A stretch of 61,757 nucleotides of DNA, counting the filler, from Blastocystis sp. subtype 4 (Eukaryota), in the NCBI RefSeq assembly GCF_000743755.1. It is 8 parts of 8 records of this genome, joined end to end, with 100 filler letters (N's around TTAATTAATTAA, not from the genome) between each part and the next. Parts side by side here need not be neighbours in the genome. Positions count along the whole stretch, not along the records: positions 23,346 to 31,000 come from NW_014569155.1; positions 31,101 to 38,729 come from NW_014569153.1; 6 more parts are not named here. The stretch is one strand, 5' to 3'. The notes under the pieces were generated by a model that had not been told where the DNA came from, searched no databases, and worked only from the letters and a program-made list of their open reading frames with translations. Position 1 is the first letter of the stretch. Each line of letters begins with the position of its first letter. This document shows positions 24,044-36,381 of the stretch, piece after piece. A program made the translations under genes and the position numbers.

Positions 24044-24858
24044 TCACGCTAACAACTTGTGATTGATCAGATAAAAGACTCTTTTCGCTAAGTTCCTCCC
24101 AACTACTGTTATATTCTGTAATGTCTCATCTGTTACACCTCCAAAAGTTCTGAACGATAGCACCTCTCCTGACTCGTTCAACACAATCGTAGCGATTCCA
24201 GAGTTCTAAATAATCACTCTTTACCATTTCCTACACTTCCATCTTCCTCTGCTTTACAAGGGTCTGGAAGAATCTCTCCGTTATCTGATAAAAGGAGGCA
24301 CAGTGCTGCAAATTTGTTGTTGATAGGGATTTCAGAATCATCCAAGGCCAACATCACAGAATTCAATATAACAGCAAATAAGTGTCATGAAGGATACACC
24401 GAATTGTAAATAAAAGGATATAGATCCGTCATCACATATAACTTGAATATACACATTAATCGTTGTTCGCGGAAAGAGAGACCGTTTAATCACATTTTCC
24501 AGTAAACGTTGTATAGAATACTCCATATCCATAAGTGCAGAATCTATTACTCAGTTATGACACCTATAACTACCTTCCTTCTCGTTTGTATATGAAATTT
24601 GTACAGATATATTAGCTTCATCAGAAAACTCCACATTTGTAGTAGAACAACGCTTGGGACCATATATTGAAGCTACTACAACCGTATTACCTAGAAAGTA
24701 ATAATAAGAGACTATTATAAACCTTGGAATATGGTTGCAGATCCATCTGCTCGATAGGTTGACTCTTTCTCCATGCGAAGTGGCCGCATGGCATTCTTTT
24801 CTCTCGAATCAGTTCGTAAGTTAGCTCGAAGAGCTTCTACATCTAAAACAGCCTCCAT
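24044..24858 (-). CDS. RRP46: Exosome RNase PH-like subunit, probably RRP46/EXOSC5
   Basis: RTDSREKNAMRPL, RADGSATIFQGNTVVVASIYGP, FPRTTINVYIQVICDDGS. Confidence 0.8.
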
Positions 24859-24964
24859 CCCACTTTCTATATGAGTCTAGAACGAGTTGTCAAAAACATC
24901 AAGATATTTGGAATTTGAGTATAAAGATTCAATTCCAATAGGGTTTGTCTCATTTTTGTTTTCT

Positions 24965-25709
24965 ATGAGTCGAGAAAGAACTTCGTATGATCAGGCATAT
25001 AAACTGCTTGTTCGTGCATTGAAGAAGGTAAGCGAATAATCAGATGTGTTATCCGATAGGTCGATCTATGGAGAGAATATGAAGAAGTTCTTTGTGATAC
25101 TTTTGGTGCAATGTGTGGTTTAGCGAGACGAATTCAGGTGGTAAAGAAGGGAGAGAATACTTGTGATATTGCTGGTTGCAAATTTGCAGTGGGGGTTCTA
25201 GCATCTTATTCTGGATGTGCTCATGCTTTGTCCCAGCAGCTTACTAATGACATGGACCATAATTGGTCCATCATTTCTCAACAGCTGTATGAATCGGTCA
25301 CTGAGAATAAAAGGTAGGTCATCCATGAATGCATTAGTTGTAAACGAATTACAAAAGATCGAAAATGAAGCAATAAAACTCTTTCCTGTAATGGTAATAG
25401 TGAGAATCATAATTAGACAATTCCTCTTGGTGCCCTTGCTGTTCGAGGAAGTGGGGTATCTCTCACTGTTTCGGAGTGTGTCCTGTGGATATGCAAGATT
25501 AACAAGATGATAACAGCCGAGTAAGGGAAGAGAATTGGTGAAACTGTAGATATCTACGTAAACGGGATCTGTTCACCCAATATACTACTAACGAATTGGA
25601 AGATCTTCTCTCTGCTTCGCTGATTTGGCCAGCTATATCAAGTGAGGGATTCGTAAATGAGAAGGAACTCAAAGCCATTTCAGAACGCTTTGCACTGTTG
25701 AATCGATAG
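24965..25709 (+). CDS. Hypothetical helical protein resembling C1orf109/AIRIM
   Basis: Spliced C-terminus LAVRGSGVSLTVSECVLWICKINKMITAEYLRKRDLF...LIWPAISSE resembles the C1orf109 C-terminal motif by eye. Confidence 0.45.
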
Positions 25710-25740
25710 TCCTTTATCATATGTTTGAACGAAACACTAT

Positions 25741-27262
25741 AAAAGCGAATATACTGATTATACAACTCTTCACGGTATGTCAACATGCTCTTCAGGCTCT
25801 TACGATTAGCTCTAAGATTCAAGTCCAATCCATATACCTACTGGAGACTACCCAAACCATCTTTGGACATAACTGTATAAAAGGACTTGACAAATCGTAA
25901 TAGCCAGAAGACAACCATATTGATTCCTATGAAAATTCCTACAGTACGGATAAAGGGAAGAACGGAGAAAGAAGGGAGATACAAAGAAATATAGTTCTTT
26001 GTTGTTAGCAATAGATCTAATAATGATAACTCCTTCAAATTCTCACTCAACATCTTCGGATTTGAAATCAGTTCTGAATCAGGATTCATAAGATTCACAA
26101 CAAGATATAGAGAGAACAGAATCACTCCCAAAACAAACGAAATACCTTCAAACAACATCATTCGACTAATAGTATTCAAGCGAGCCTTCTTTGTGACATT
26201 CTTTCGGAGAACATTCTCTGTTTGAGTGAGAATTTCTGAACAATCCTTCTCAAGCACACTCAAATTGTCTTGAATCTTCTGTTTTACCACCAAATCAATC
26301 TTGTCGCATGGTTTGGAAATCATATTCACACTGTGAAAGTCGTTATCCACATCTCCATAGTCCTGAGACAGATAGATTGTCGGAAGTTCCCAACCATGGG
26401 TATTCTTTACACGCAAAGCAAGATTCTATTCTTCGACTAATTACACATCCCCCTACTTGCGTAGTCTGATTCGATACTTTCATGAGATCAGCGATACTAT
26501 TCAAAGTGTCAATTTTTGTCAAATAATAGCACATCTTATCATAGTGATCAACCTTCACATCAATACGCATACTCACACCTACATTCAACATTTTGACAAC
26601 TTCCATTGTACGGGATCCAAGAGCCTGTTCATGTGGATCCAGAAATACAAATATCAAATCCACATAATCAGCAAGGAAAAGAAGGACTTGATTAACATCA
26701 AACGGATATTCCACACTCCCGTCTACAAGACCTGGGGTATCAATGAAATCTACGTTCGGAAAACACCGCTCCTGAGACACTGAGACAATGGTACTGAGAT
26801 TTTCGATCAATCCTTTCCCGAATTTTTCGATTCCCTTCAACTGAGGAAAGTACCTTAATGTCGCCTCGCCCTTGAGTGGAGGTGCTTCTTTCATACTCGA
26901 TGTCACAAGTGTAAAACCACGACTCTCGACAGCTGCCCCTGTCGGCAACACATTCTCCTTCAAATACCCTAGATTACAGTCCTACAACAGCAGGTACAAT
27001 TGATGAATGAAGATTTCCCAGAAGAATGATTTCCTAGAATCATGACAGTCGCCTTATTTCGAGGACATAATTTCGATATACCGACATCTCTGGCCATCTC
27101 AACAATCCCCTTGTCTCCACAGTTCTGAGCTGTTGTAGGATGATTATATAAATCATAGACTTTGCGAAGAACTCCCTCTTGGGTTGACAACAATTCCTTT
27201 CCGTCATTTCGGAAACAGATTCCTACTTCTCCTCTGTTCTGTGCAGATCGCTTAGGAGCCAT
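25741..27262 (-). CDS. EHD/sarcalumenin-like dynamin-superfamily NTPase with C-terminal transmembrane segments
   Basis: VMILGNHSSGKSSFIN (G1), FIDTPGL (G3), LTKID (G4); two hydrophobic stretches in ORF 25838-26416. Confidence 0.8.
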
Positions 27263-27724
27263 TCTCGATATATGGTTTGAATCCCGAGTCAATTCTTTAG
27301 GCTCCCGGAATAGGGCTGATTTGGGGATCCTGTACATAAGGGGTTATTTCCATAACTACTTGACTAGGCATCATGGTATCGCTTCGTTTGTTTCTTCAAA
27401 TCACTAGGATTTCAAAGGACAAAAATTGTGTTTCTATCTCTGTTACTTGATTATCATCTCCTTCGCAGTAGTTATAGGGTATTCTGTTGACAGTAGATTA
27501 TTGCAGCAATTGCTGGTATCCTTGCAGATAGTTTCTTCTTGGCTTTTGAGATTGTTTGCTGTGGAGGTATCATCGCTGCAATTGTCTTCTTTTACTTATT
27601 CTCTTATAGGTAGGTATGTATTCCGGATTGGCCAATGTATAACAAAAATCCTGTACAATGGGCAAAGTCGGAGAAGACTGACTAGTGGGTATTTGTATTT
27701 TTCTGGTTTTGTTCCAAACAGAGC

Positions 27725-28161
27725 ATAGAAGTATTTGATCAACTGCGTTTGAGAACTCTTCCATTTCAATAACATCGTTAACTCCCCAATTGGGGTTCTG
27801 AACTACCATATCTGCAAAAACAGAATAAATATTCCACATCTGGGATTCCATATCCCTCGTTTCCAAATCCGTTGTTACAACAATCTTAAACCCACTTGCG
27901 CTTTCTAGATAATGAAACCGATATGTCTTAGTTTGAAATACTCGCAATCCATGCTCTTGTTCTCTAGATCATGAACTGGACATAAATCCATTACTTATCA
28001 GGAGAAAACTTTTGTATGATAGCATTCATTGAGAGAAGAAAACCGCAAATCAACTTTGTCTCCTCATCGGGGTTTCCTTTAAAGGCATTACACGTCCGAT
28101 TATATTCCTTATAGAAGATTCTCTTTCCGTTACGGTTGAACAAGTAACAAGTGAAGATCAT
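27725..28161 (-). CDS. TRAPPC1: TRAPP complex subunit BET5/TRAPPC1
   Basis: MIFTCYLFNRNG..FYKEYNR, EETKLICGFLLSM, FQTKTYRFHYLESASGFKIVVTTD, VVQNP. The ORF overruns the family C-terminus unless it stops at T27725. Confidence 0.9.
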
Positions 28162-28221
28162 GGTTTCTAATCTGAACAATCAGTATTTCCATTTGACAAA
28201 CAAACATAAGACACATACATA

Positions 28222-28610
28222 TTACTGCCAGGCCATTCCCTCGACACTCACAATGTTCAAAGAAGCAAGGAATGAGTTGGATTTCCATCCTGACTGAAAC
28301 ACTATAATCCATACAACAAGGACGATACTCCAAATGATACAACCTATCAAGGCATGTCGAATGTCTACAATAATCGTTACGATCCATTTACTATTATCCC
28401 AACAACATGCCTACATTTTGCCATCCGCTTCCCTTTCTCCGTTGTTAACTTCCTGTAGTTCCACCAATTCAACACAATCAGTAGCCACATCATGGGAAGA
28501 CAGAAGAATCCAGTTATGTAATCTTGTTATTACTAGTGTTTAACTTGATTACAAATCTTCGCAGTTTTCATTTCCTCATCTGGTATATCATTCGTCGGAC
28601 TCTCAGGCAT
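28222..28610 (-). CDS. PSENEN: Gamma-secretase subunit PEN-2
   Basis: Three exons: MPESPTNDIPDEEMKTAKIYYITGFFCLPMMWLLIVLNWW...KYIRHALIGCIIWSIVLVVWIIVFQ...*; aligns by eye with human YYLGGFAFLPFLWLVN...YVWRSAVGFLFW...WITIFQ. Confidence 0.85.
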
Positions 28611-28689
28611 TCTCCAATTCTTAAAAGAAGATCGTCCACTTGGAAGAAATGTGAAGTACAAACAAACAATGATAGTTTCAAGAGTACAC

Positions 28690-30833
28690 CTAAACATATC
28701 GACTCCTAAAGAATTCAACAAATGCAGGGTTATCTATTCCTAACATTAACATTCCATTGTTACCATTCGATATAGAATACAGCTTTCGTAGAGCGTCATT
28801 TTGAAGCTGAATAAGTCTAAGGCTAGGTAGTTCTACAAATTATGTCCTTATCTCAACACCTACCTTGAACAGCAATTCGACCAAAGAAATTGAGACAAGA
28901 GGGTCCATTTGCTGTGATTCTCATGAGATAAGGAAGTTCTATTCCTGAATCAACCGCATCGCCCCTTACTTCTCAAATATATCTCATTGTTAAAAACGGT
29001 TGCTGAATTCACCTTCATAATATGACTCTCATCACCTGCAAGACTTTGGCTTCCTAACTCGATTAGTTGTAGTGATCGTAGATTCTCGAAGACCACGGAA
29101 TGTACTTTCATGAATACCGAACATCCCAACTTAACACTTCCCAGACTGGCTAGATTTGACAGTTTAAGTTGATGAGCATAGGTAAAACAATATGACTGAA
29201 TATTCTCTCCAATTGTAAGTGTCTGTAGCAATGGTAGCTGTTCCAATACCATCTCCGTAAAGGAAACAAATGATAGACTACCAATAGTAATACTTTCCAA
29301 AGCCATACAGTCTTGGATAATCAACGAACACTTATCGTCATAGATAGGAATAGTACTTTGAATAGATGGACTAAAGCAACGACGTCCAATATTCACAGAT
29401 CTCAAATATGGGAGTTTCATAAACTTCAGATTATGAACATACTGAAAGCATGTATCTTCAACAGTGAATTCTATAAGGGATGTAAATAAGCTCATATCAA
29501 GATCAACAATATCACGTTGATTGCAGGTATTCGCTGCAATCAACAAATGAGTCACTTGACGAGGGATTTGACGTAATGAACCGACATGAGGGTCCTGAAG
29601 GATTGGTTGCGGAGGTTGTGGATAGCGAGGCTGGAGAGGCTGTGGGTACTTAGGCTGGAGAGGCTGCTGATAGGAAGGCTGGAGCTGTGGAGGGTATGGT
29701 TGTGGAGGCTGTTGATAGGAAGGCTGAGGTTGTGGAGGGTATGGCTGTGGGGGGTATGGCTGTGGAGGGTGTGGCGATGGAGAGGACGATGGTGAAGGAG
29801 GTATGCGAAAAACTGGATTCCGGGTCCGTAAACGAATGTCCCACTTTGACAAATTGCGACGATGAGGCACTTTGTATACTTGTCGTGTCTCACAATCATA
29901 ATAGCTGTATGGTGGTAACTGTGGGCAATATAAATAACCATTCACCCATGTACCTTCACATATTGGATCTCCATTCTCTGCATAGAGAGTACCCTCACCT
30001 TCAGCAACTCCATTTAACCACGAACCATCGTATAAAAGACGACCATTCTGATCATACGATTTACCTTCCTTTCTACTATCATAGTCAAAAATCCCACGAA
30101 ATATCACAGCACCACTGATTGGATCATGCTCGTCTCCTTTTCCATGTCGTGCATATCGTGACGAAATATGATCATCAAAACATCCTTCATATATCTCTTG
30201 ACCATTCCTATCGTACTCAATCATTATATTGTCATGGAAAACTTTCACCTTCATACGAATAGAACCTCTATCATAGATGCAGAGAGATGAAAGCAACTCA
30301 TTCTCATCTAACTCTATTACTTCTCCATGAAGTCGAAAGTATTCGTCACGCTGGCCAATTTCATCAATCTTTTTGGTTGCTAACAGCTGATGAGCATAAA
30401 AACTTGGATCCTCAAGATGAGGAACGAGTTTGGCCACACGAACCCCATGAGAATATTCCCAAATATCATCAACTTTCTTTTCGGGATTGTATTCCGTACA
30501 AATGCCATCTTTCATTCCATTGCGTACCATTCCCCTAAACACCACATTATCATTCACATCTCGTTTTATACACTCTCCATTTATTACATCACCAGAATAA
30601 TTCAAGGATATGAACGCAATACCACTTGGTGTGAAGATCGTTGCTTCTCCTTCTCTTTTGCCATTTTCCCATTTAGCAACCATATAATATCCACTATACT
30701 TTCCAATATATGATATACGGCCACTGCCATTCTTAATTCGCTGTTCTTTGTCCATTACTATTGATCCCTCTTCAAAACCTTCTAGAAAGGAAAGAGCATC
30801 CTCTTCAAATACAAATAGGATATTATTCACCAT
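28690..30833 (-). CDS. MORN-like repeat + Pro/Gln/Tyr linker + LRR-like repeat protein
   Basis: YDGSWLNGVAEGEGTLY-type repeats; LPxLxSxxIGxxSF-type repeats; two further short exons after ORF 28950-30860. Confidence 0.8.
29590..29800 (-). repeat. Coding tandem repeat (PQPYP / QPSYQQP / QPxYP)
   Basis: Recurring GGCTGTGGAGGGTATGG-type units on the + strand. Confidence 0.85.
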
Positions 30834-30863
30834 CTCAGAAAAGGTATACTTAACAAACAATTA

Positions 30864-31000
30864 ACTGAGTAACAACAATTGGAGAATCTAAAACTGCAAA
30901 TCCAGCAGACACACCTCCTTCCAGAGAATCAGACACTTTTGTTCGAACAAGGACACCAACATCCTTAGCAAACAACATTGACTTCTTGTCAGTGTCAAAC
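30864..31000 (-). CDS. 3' fragment of an unknown gene
   Basis: Only one frame is open (FDTDKKSMLFAKDVGVLVRT...PIVVTQ), then T30864 + 4 nt + TGTTTGTT. Confidence 0.5.
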
Positions 31001-31100
31001 NNNNNNNNNNNNNNNNNNNNNNNNNNNNNNNNNNNNNNNNNNNNTTAATTAATTAANNNNNNNNNNNNNNNNNNNNNNNNNNNNNNNNNNNNNNNNNNNN
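31001..31100. other. Artificial contig spacer
   Basis: N44-TTAATTAATTAA-N44. Confidence 0.99.
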
Positions 31101-31120
31101 CACACTTAACCACATAACAA

Positions 31121-33767
31121 TTACAGTTCATCCTCATCGTCTCCCTCGTTTCTCTCCCGATCTCTCTTCAACTGAGCTCGGAACTCATCCTCATCCATCT
31201 GTTCTGAGTCCTTCATGTCGAACTTGACCGATCCGTCATCTTCCTCCTCCTCCTTCTCTTCCTCAGGCTCCTCTTCAGCAATTTCAATCTCAGGCTCCAG
31301 TTCCAGAGAATCGATCTGAAGTGACTCCTTCATCAGTGAGTACAAACGCGTAGCAAATGTATTTGGCTCCTCAATCATGAATCCAGAGTTCATCAGAGAA
31401 CTATCATACAACAGATTTGCGAAGTCACGAGCCACATCACTCTCAGGATCTTCCTCTACAAGATTCTTCAGATTGACAATAATTGGATGACGAGGATTCA
31501 CCTCCATGATCTTATGTGAACGCATGTACTTTGCTCTCTCTGGATTCTGAAGAGTCTGAGACTTCATAATACGCTCCATCGTAGCTGAATAACCATAACG
31601 ACTTGTTGCCAACACTGCAGGAACTGACTCCAACTTCGTTGATACTTCCACCTTCTCAACCTTATCACCCAACAGCTCCTTCATCCAACTTGTGAACACT
31701 TCGAAGCGACTCTCATACTCCTTCTGAACCTTCTTTGCACGTTCCTTGTCATCACCAAACTCCACACCCTCCTTTGTGATATCCTGCAGACTCTTACCAT
31801 TGAACTCACGCAGGTTCTGAGCCACATACTCATCTATAGGCTCTGTGAAGAACAGCACCTCTACATCACGATTCTTGAACGGCTCCAGGAACATACTTGA
31901 TTGAGCCTTCTCCAGAGTATCTGCACTCACATAATAGATTTGCTTCTGCCATTCCTTCATACGCTCCACATAGTGATCCAGTGAAGTCCACTTATCACCT
32001 GACTTGCTCGACTTGTAACGCAGCAGACGAGCCAATTTGTTACGATTCGCACTGTCCTCAATCACTCCAATCTTCAGCGATCTGCCAAACTGCTCCCACA
32101 ACTCAATGTAGTTAGCATTGTCCTCAGGCTTCTCCTCAGCCTCCTCTGTGGTCTCAGGGGTCTCAGTCTGGGTTTCAGTCTTCTCAGCATCCTCCACCTT
32201 CTCGGCAGTCTCAGCAGCCTTGGCTTCCTTCTCCGCATCACTAATTGCCTCCTCCTCAGCCAACTTCTTGATCATCTCAATCGCCTTACGCACAATCTTC
32301 TTGCCCATAACCTTCAACACCTTATCCTGTGATANAGCAAATCATCGAAGCTGTCCTGGATCAGTACCTTACGCACATACAAATGCAGGTTCTCCATCTT
32401 CTTGTGATAGAAGTCCTCATAGAGATCCACAGCAGCCTTCTTAGGAATGTACAGAATACACTTGAAATCGATCTCTCCCTCAGCCTTGAAGTGAGTCCAA
32501 GTCAAAGGCTCCTGTTCACTATTACGCACCAATGTCTTGTAGAAGTTCTTGTACTCATCCTCAGTAATCTCACTCTTCTCACGAGACCAGATGGCCTTCT
32601 GAGGGTTCATCAACTCCCATGCCCACACTGTCTTCTCCTCAGTACGAGTCTTGGGCTTATCACTCTCAGCACTCTCCTCCTCCTCTTCCTCAGCAGCACC
32701 TTCCTCCTCCAACTCTTCACCATCAAACACATCTTCTTCCTCCTCTTCCTCCACAGGCACCTCTACAGTCTCCGTGTGTGACTTGTAGAGATAGATGGGG
32801 AAAGTAATGAATTCAGAATACTTCTTGATCAATGTCTCCAGCTTGTCCTGGTCCAGATACTCCTTCGCATCATCCTTCAGGTACAATGTGATCTCTGTTC
32901 CACGACCCAGAGTGTTTCCAGCAGGATCCTCTCCCACCTTGAAGGTGGCATCTGCAGATGACTCCCAGATGTGCTGAACATCCTCATCATTCTTCGAACG
33001 CACCATCACACGATCAGCCACAAGATACACTGAATAGAAACCCACTCCAAACTGACCAATCATATTCAAATCAGCACCAGCTGCCATCTTCTCCACAAAC
33101 TGAGTAGTTCCTGATTTAGCCACTGTACCCAGAGACTCAATCAGATCCTGTTTGGTCATACCAATACCACGATCCGTGATTGTCAGCGTTCCAGCCTCTT
33201 CATCGAACTTGATACGAATATCCAGATCATCAGCAGAATCAGAACCCAGAATCTATTGGAGTTAGAAAGAACTCAACAAACACTCAACAAGATCAGACTG
33301 CGTTTCTGCGCACGTGTGTTCATCTGTACGAAGGACCAGATGGGTTCAGAATGCCGAAGCATTCAATCTGGAGAACTTCGCACTCACACAAGTATATCAT
33401 CATTTCAACATAGTTGTCACATCAACTTACACTCTTATCTGTCAGTGAAAGGAAACGAATCTTATCCAAAGCATCAGCAGCATTAGAGATCACTTCACGA
33501 AGGAACACATCCTTGTTCTGATACAAAGAGTTAATGATAATATCCATCAGACGATTCACTTCCGTCTGGAACTCATACGTTTCCATCGTTGGATTATCCT
33601 CAAGAGGATCTACAATGTTTTCAGTCTCTTCTTGAGCTATCTCTTCCTCCTCCTGAGCGAATACCGTCATAGCTAACCTATTATACTGTTATTCAAGTAC
33701 TACTCGGACCAGCAAGGAGGGCAATCATTGCAAGTGAAAGGAACACGTATTTCAGAATGTTCTTCAT
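31121..33767 (-). CDS. HSP90B1: Endoplasmin/GRP94 (ER HSP90)
   Basis: Signal peptide, [45 protein letters not shown]-terminal EDEL; assembly lesion at N32335; 178-nt intron at 33253-33430. Confidence 0.97.
33290..33406 (-). ncRNA. Candidate intronic structured box C/D RNA
   Basis: Canonical box C ATGATGA (33397-33403), terminal box D CTGA (33293-33296), internal CTGA, and hairpins GAATGC-TTCG-GCATTC and CATCTG-N10-CAGATG. Confidence 0.75.
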
Positions 33768-34222
33768 AGTTATTTCCCAATCGAAAATAATTCTGACAAA
33801 TGAACCCGAAATGCATTCTAGAAATCCAATTCCTTCTGGGGGATAATATCCCATATATAGATTTTGAAAACTATTCTGTTCCAAGTTGATTTTTTGTTGT
33901 TGTTTTGATTAGGAGAAAAATATGGAGGGATACAAAATGGAAGATGAGGGGTGTATCTGGAATTGTCTGAGTTGAGGTGTTGTCGAAATAACTAGACAGA
34001 TGGATTGCAAAATAGTAGACAATTCTATCCCCAAAGTAGGAGCTTCTTTGGAAGTGATGATCTCACCTCATGTTAACTGAACAATTCACAATGGATACCA
34101 ACACATTGTCTATCTCGAGAAAAAGAAAGACACTTCAACAAACATACAAAACCAACATAAAAGAAGTATAGCCTCCAAGAGGAAAAATGTTGTCTCATAA
34201 GCATATTACTTTAATAATATAA

Positions 34223-35448
34223 CTAAAACTGTCGTCCATAATATACGTCAGGATTGTGAAGATCCGTTTTTCTACTATGTAAGTGTTGAGAGAACACACC
34301 TTTTGAAGGACCATAGTGTTTCCCATAGTCATAAGGTGCATTACCACTCGGTTGAGACTGAGAATAATAATGGGAGGATTGTGAGAAATCATTCGCAGAA
34401 AACAGGATCCTGGAACGATCTCGGAAGGCTGTATCTGTGTATGGACTGTCGTAGGGGAGCGCATAAGTACTGTGTTCAGGATTCTGCGTTGATACGCCGG
34501 AATAACTGGAACAATAACAGTCTTCAAAAGGAACTCGCCGATATATCGGATTCGTCTCAGAAGTGTTTTGGGGAAGCGAATCTTTCCCACATATTACAGA
34601 ACTCTGTCCTCTATTGGGGAAAAATGGTTGAACAGGTTCTCTAAATTCTGGTGAAAAATAACCACGATTAGTCAATGGAAGTGACATGTTTCCTATAATC
34701 GACTCTGGAGTAAACTCATCAGGTATAGTCCCAGCAACAACACCCCTGTTTGTGCCATCGCTTCTATGAGACTTTTTAGGTCTTATATGATTGGGAACAT
34801 TATAGTGCTGGTCTTGAATATCGGGCACTGAATAACGAGAAGACAAAGACACAGAGGAATTAACACTCTCTCGTTTAGAAAACTGTCCTATTTGAACTTC
34901 ATTCTGTGGAGAACCAAAAGACCTCTTTCCAGTCTTTGATTTCTTTTTCTTCTTATTATTGGGTCTAGAGTGCAGGAAACTGAAAACAGATTCTTCGGGA
35001 CTATCCAAAGCTGCCATCTGCTTTTTCTTATCACAGGCCTCCGAATAGAATCTCTACATGTCAAGCACTCATACAATAAAGACTCTAATCAATTACATCT
35101 CCCAATCACCACTTACGAGGGGAAAGCAACGCCACCTGGAAGAGACACTTCTCGTGCATCCAAGCCTTTGGGAGCACTCACTACAGAATACTCCACCGTT
35201 TCACCTGCAATTAACACAGGTCGCTTTTTGTCTTCTTTGCTGGTGTAAATATTGATCAAGTATACAAATACATCTTCTCCGTTATCTGAAGTAATAAAAC
35301 CGAAACCCTTTTCATCAACACCACTTCAAACACTTACTTTTACAGCATCATACCATTTCACTTTGCCAGTACAACGTATAGTATTTGGAGTAATTCCCGT
35401 GCAACGCTCTTGATTGCAACCCGGATTACTATCCACTGAAGTGCTCAT
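34223..35448 (-). CDS. Cold-shock domain protein with long low-complexity C-terminus
   Basis: CTGKVKWYDAVK|GFGFITSDNGEDVFV...GETVEY...GLDAREVSLPGG, then the Ser/Tyr-rich ORF 34223-35017. Confidence 0.85.
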
Positions 35449-35795
35449 TAGAACTCCCTGTCTTCTATAAATACTAGGGAAAACCCAATCCAAAGATGAT
35501 CTCGAAAGGGACTTGTATTGAGGGGTAATAAACAAAACCCCTCTATTTTATCAGGCATAATGATTGGATGCCCCCAATAGGGGTACTTCTTTATTTTATC
35601 GTTTGATATGCGAATGGATTCGAAATGAAAATGATCTAGATGAGAGAAAAAAACAGAGAAAAGAATAATGTGATCCTAGCTTACTATTGGGGAGCAACGC
35701 TGTTTGCACTCAGGAATCTACAGAAACCCAAATAGAAATGAAAACAAAGGATTTACAAACAAACCAAAAATCACAAGAGTACAAATCAGGACGAG

Positions 35796-36297
35796 TTACC
35801 TTGACATAATATTAATAAACTCATCCAATTCAACAAACCCACTTCGATCATTGTCCGCTACACGCATCATGTTATCGACTTCCCTTTCAGATAGCGGTAT
35901 ACCAATATTTGAGAAGTATGCCTTCAATTCATGCCTATCAATCTTGCCATCTTTCTTAGTATCACATAACTCGAAGGCTTGCTTTACTTCCATCATTCGA
36001 TCTATATATTACAGTCAACAATTAGCAATAAACCTAAACTTGAAGTGTCACGAGTAATGATCTTCAGAAATTCATCAAAATTGATCCTGCCATCTTGGTC
36101 AAGGTCCTTCTCTTGAATCATTTCATTAACATCCTTTAAGCTATGCTCGAAACCGAAACGGGATAGTAGGCTTCGTATTTCTGCACACGAAATGTCACCA
36201 TCATGACCCTTATCGAATACATAGAAAATCTCTTTCAGAAACCTGATCTACCCTAATCATCCACTAGCATTAGTACATCGTCTTCTGATGGATCCAT
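35796..36297 (-). CDS. Calmodulin-like four EF-hand protein
   Basis: Loops DKGHDGDISCAE, DLDQDGRINFDE, DTKKDGKIDRHE, DNDRSGFVELDE. Confidence 0.9.
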
Positions 36298-36381
36298 ATG
36301 ATTCTAAAAATGCGCAGGAACGAGAATACCTCGAAACACAATCCACCCAAAAAATGGTTTGTCACAAACACCCATCAAAGA

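Noticed and set aside
29552..30118. Overlapping ORFs with odd W/R/L or H/S repeats
   Set aside because: Alternate-frame readings of the PQY repeat.
32314..32345. Apparent frameshift or pseudogenisation of GRP94
   Set aside because: A single N (32335) sits where the conserved ...GVVDSDDLPLNVSRE... segment is missing. This indicates a collapsed assembly gap; the rest of the gene is intact.
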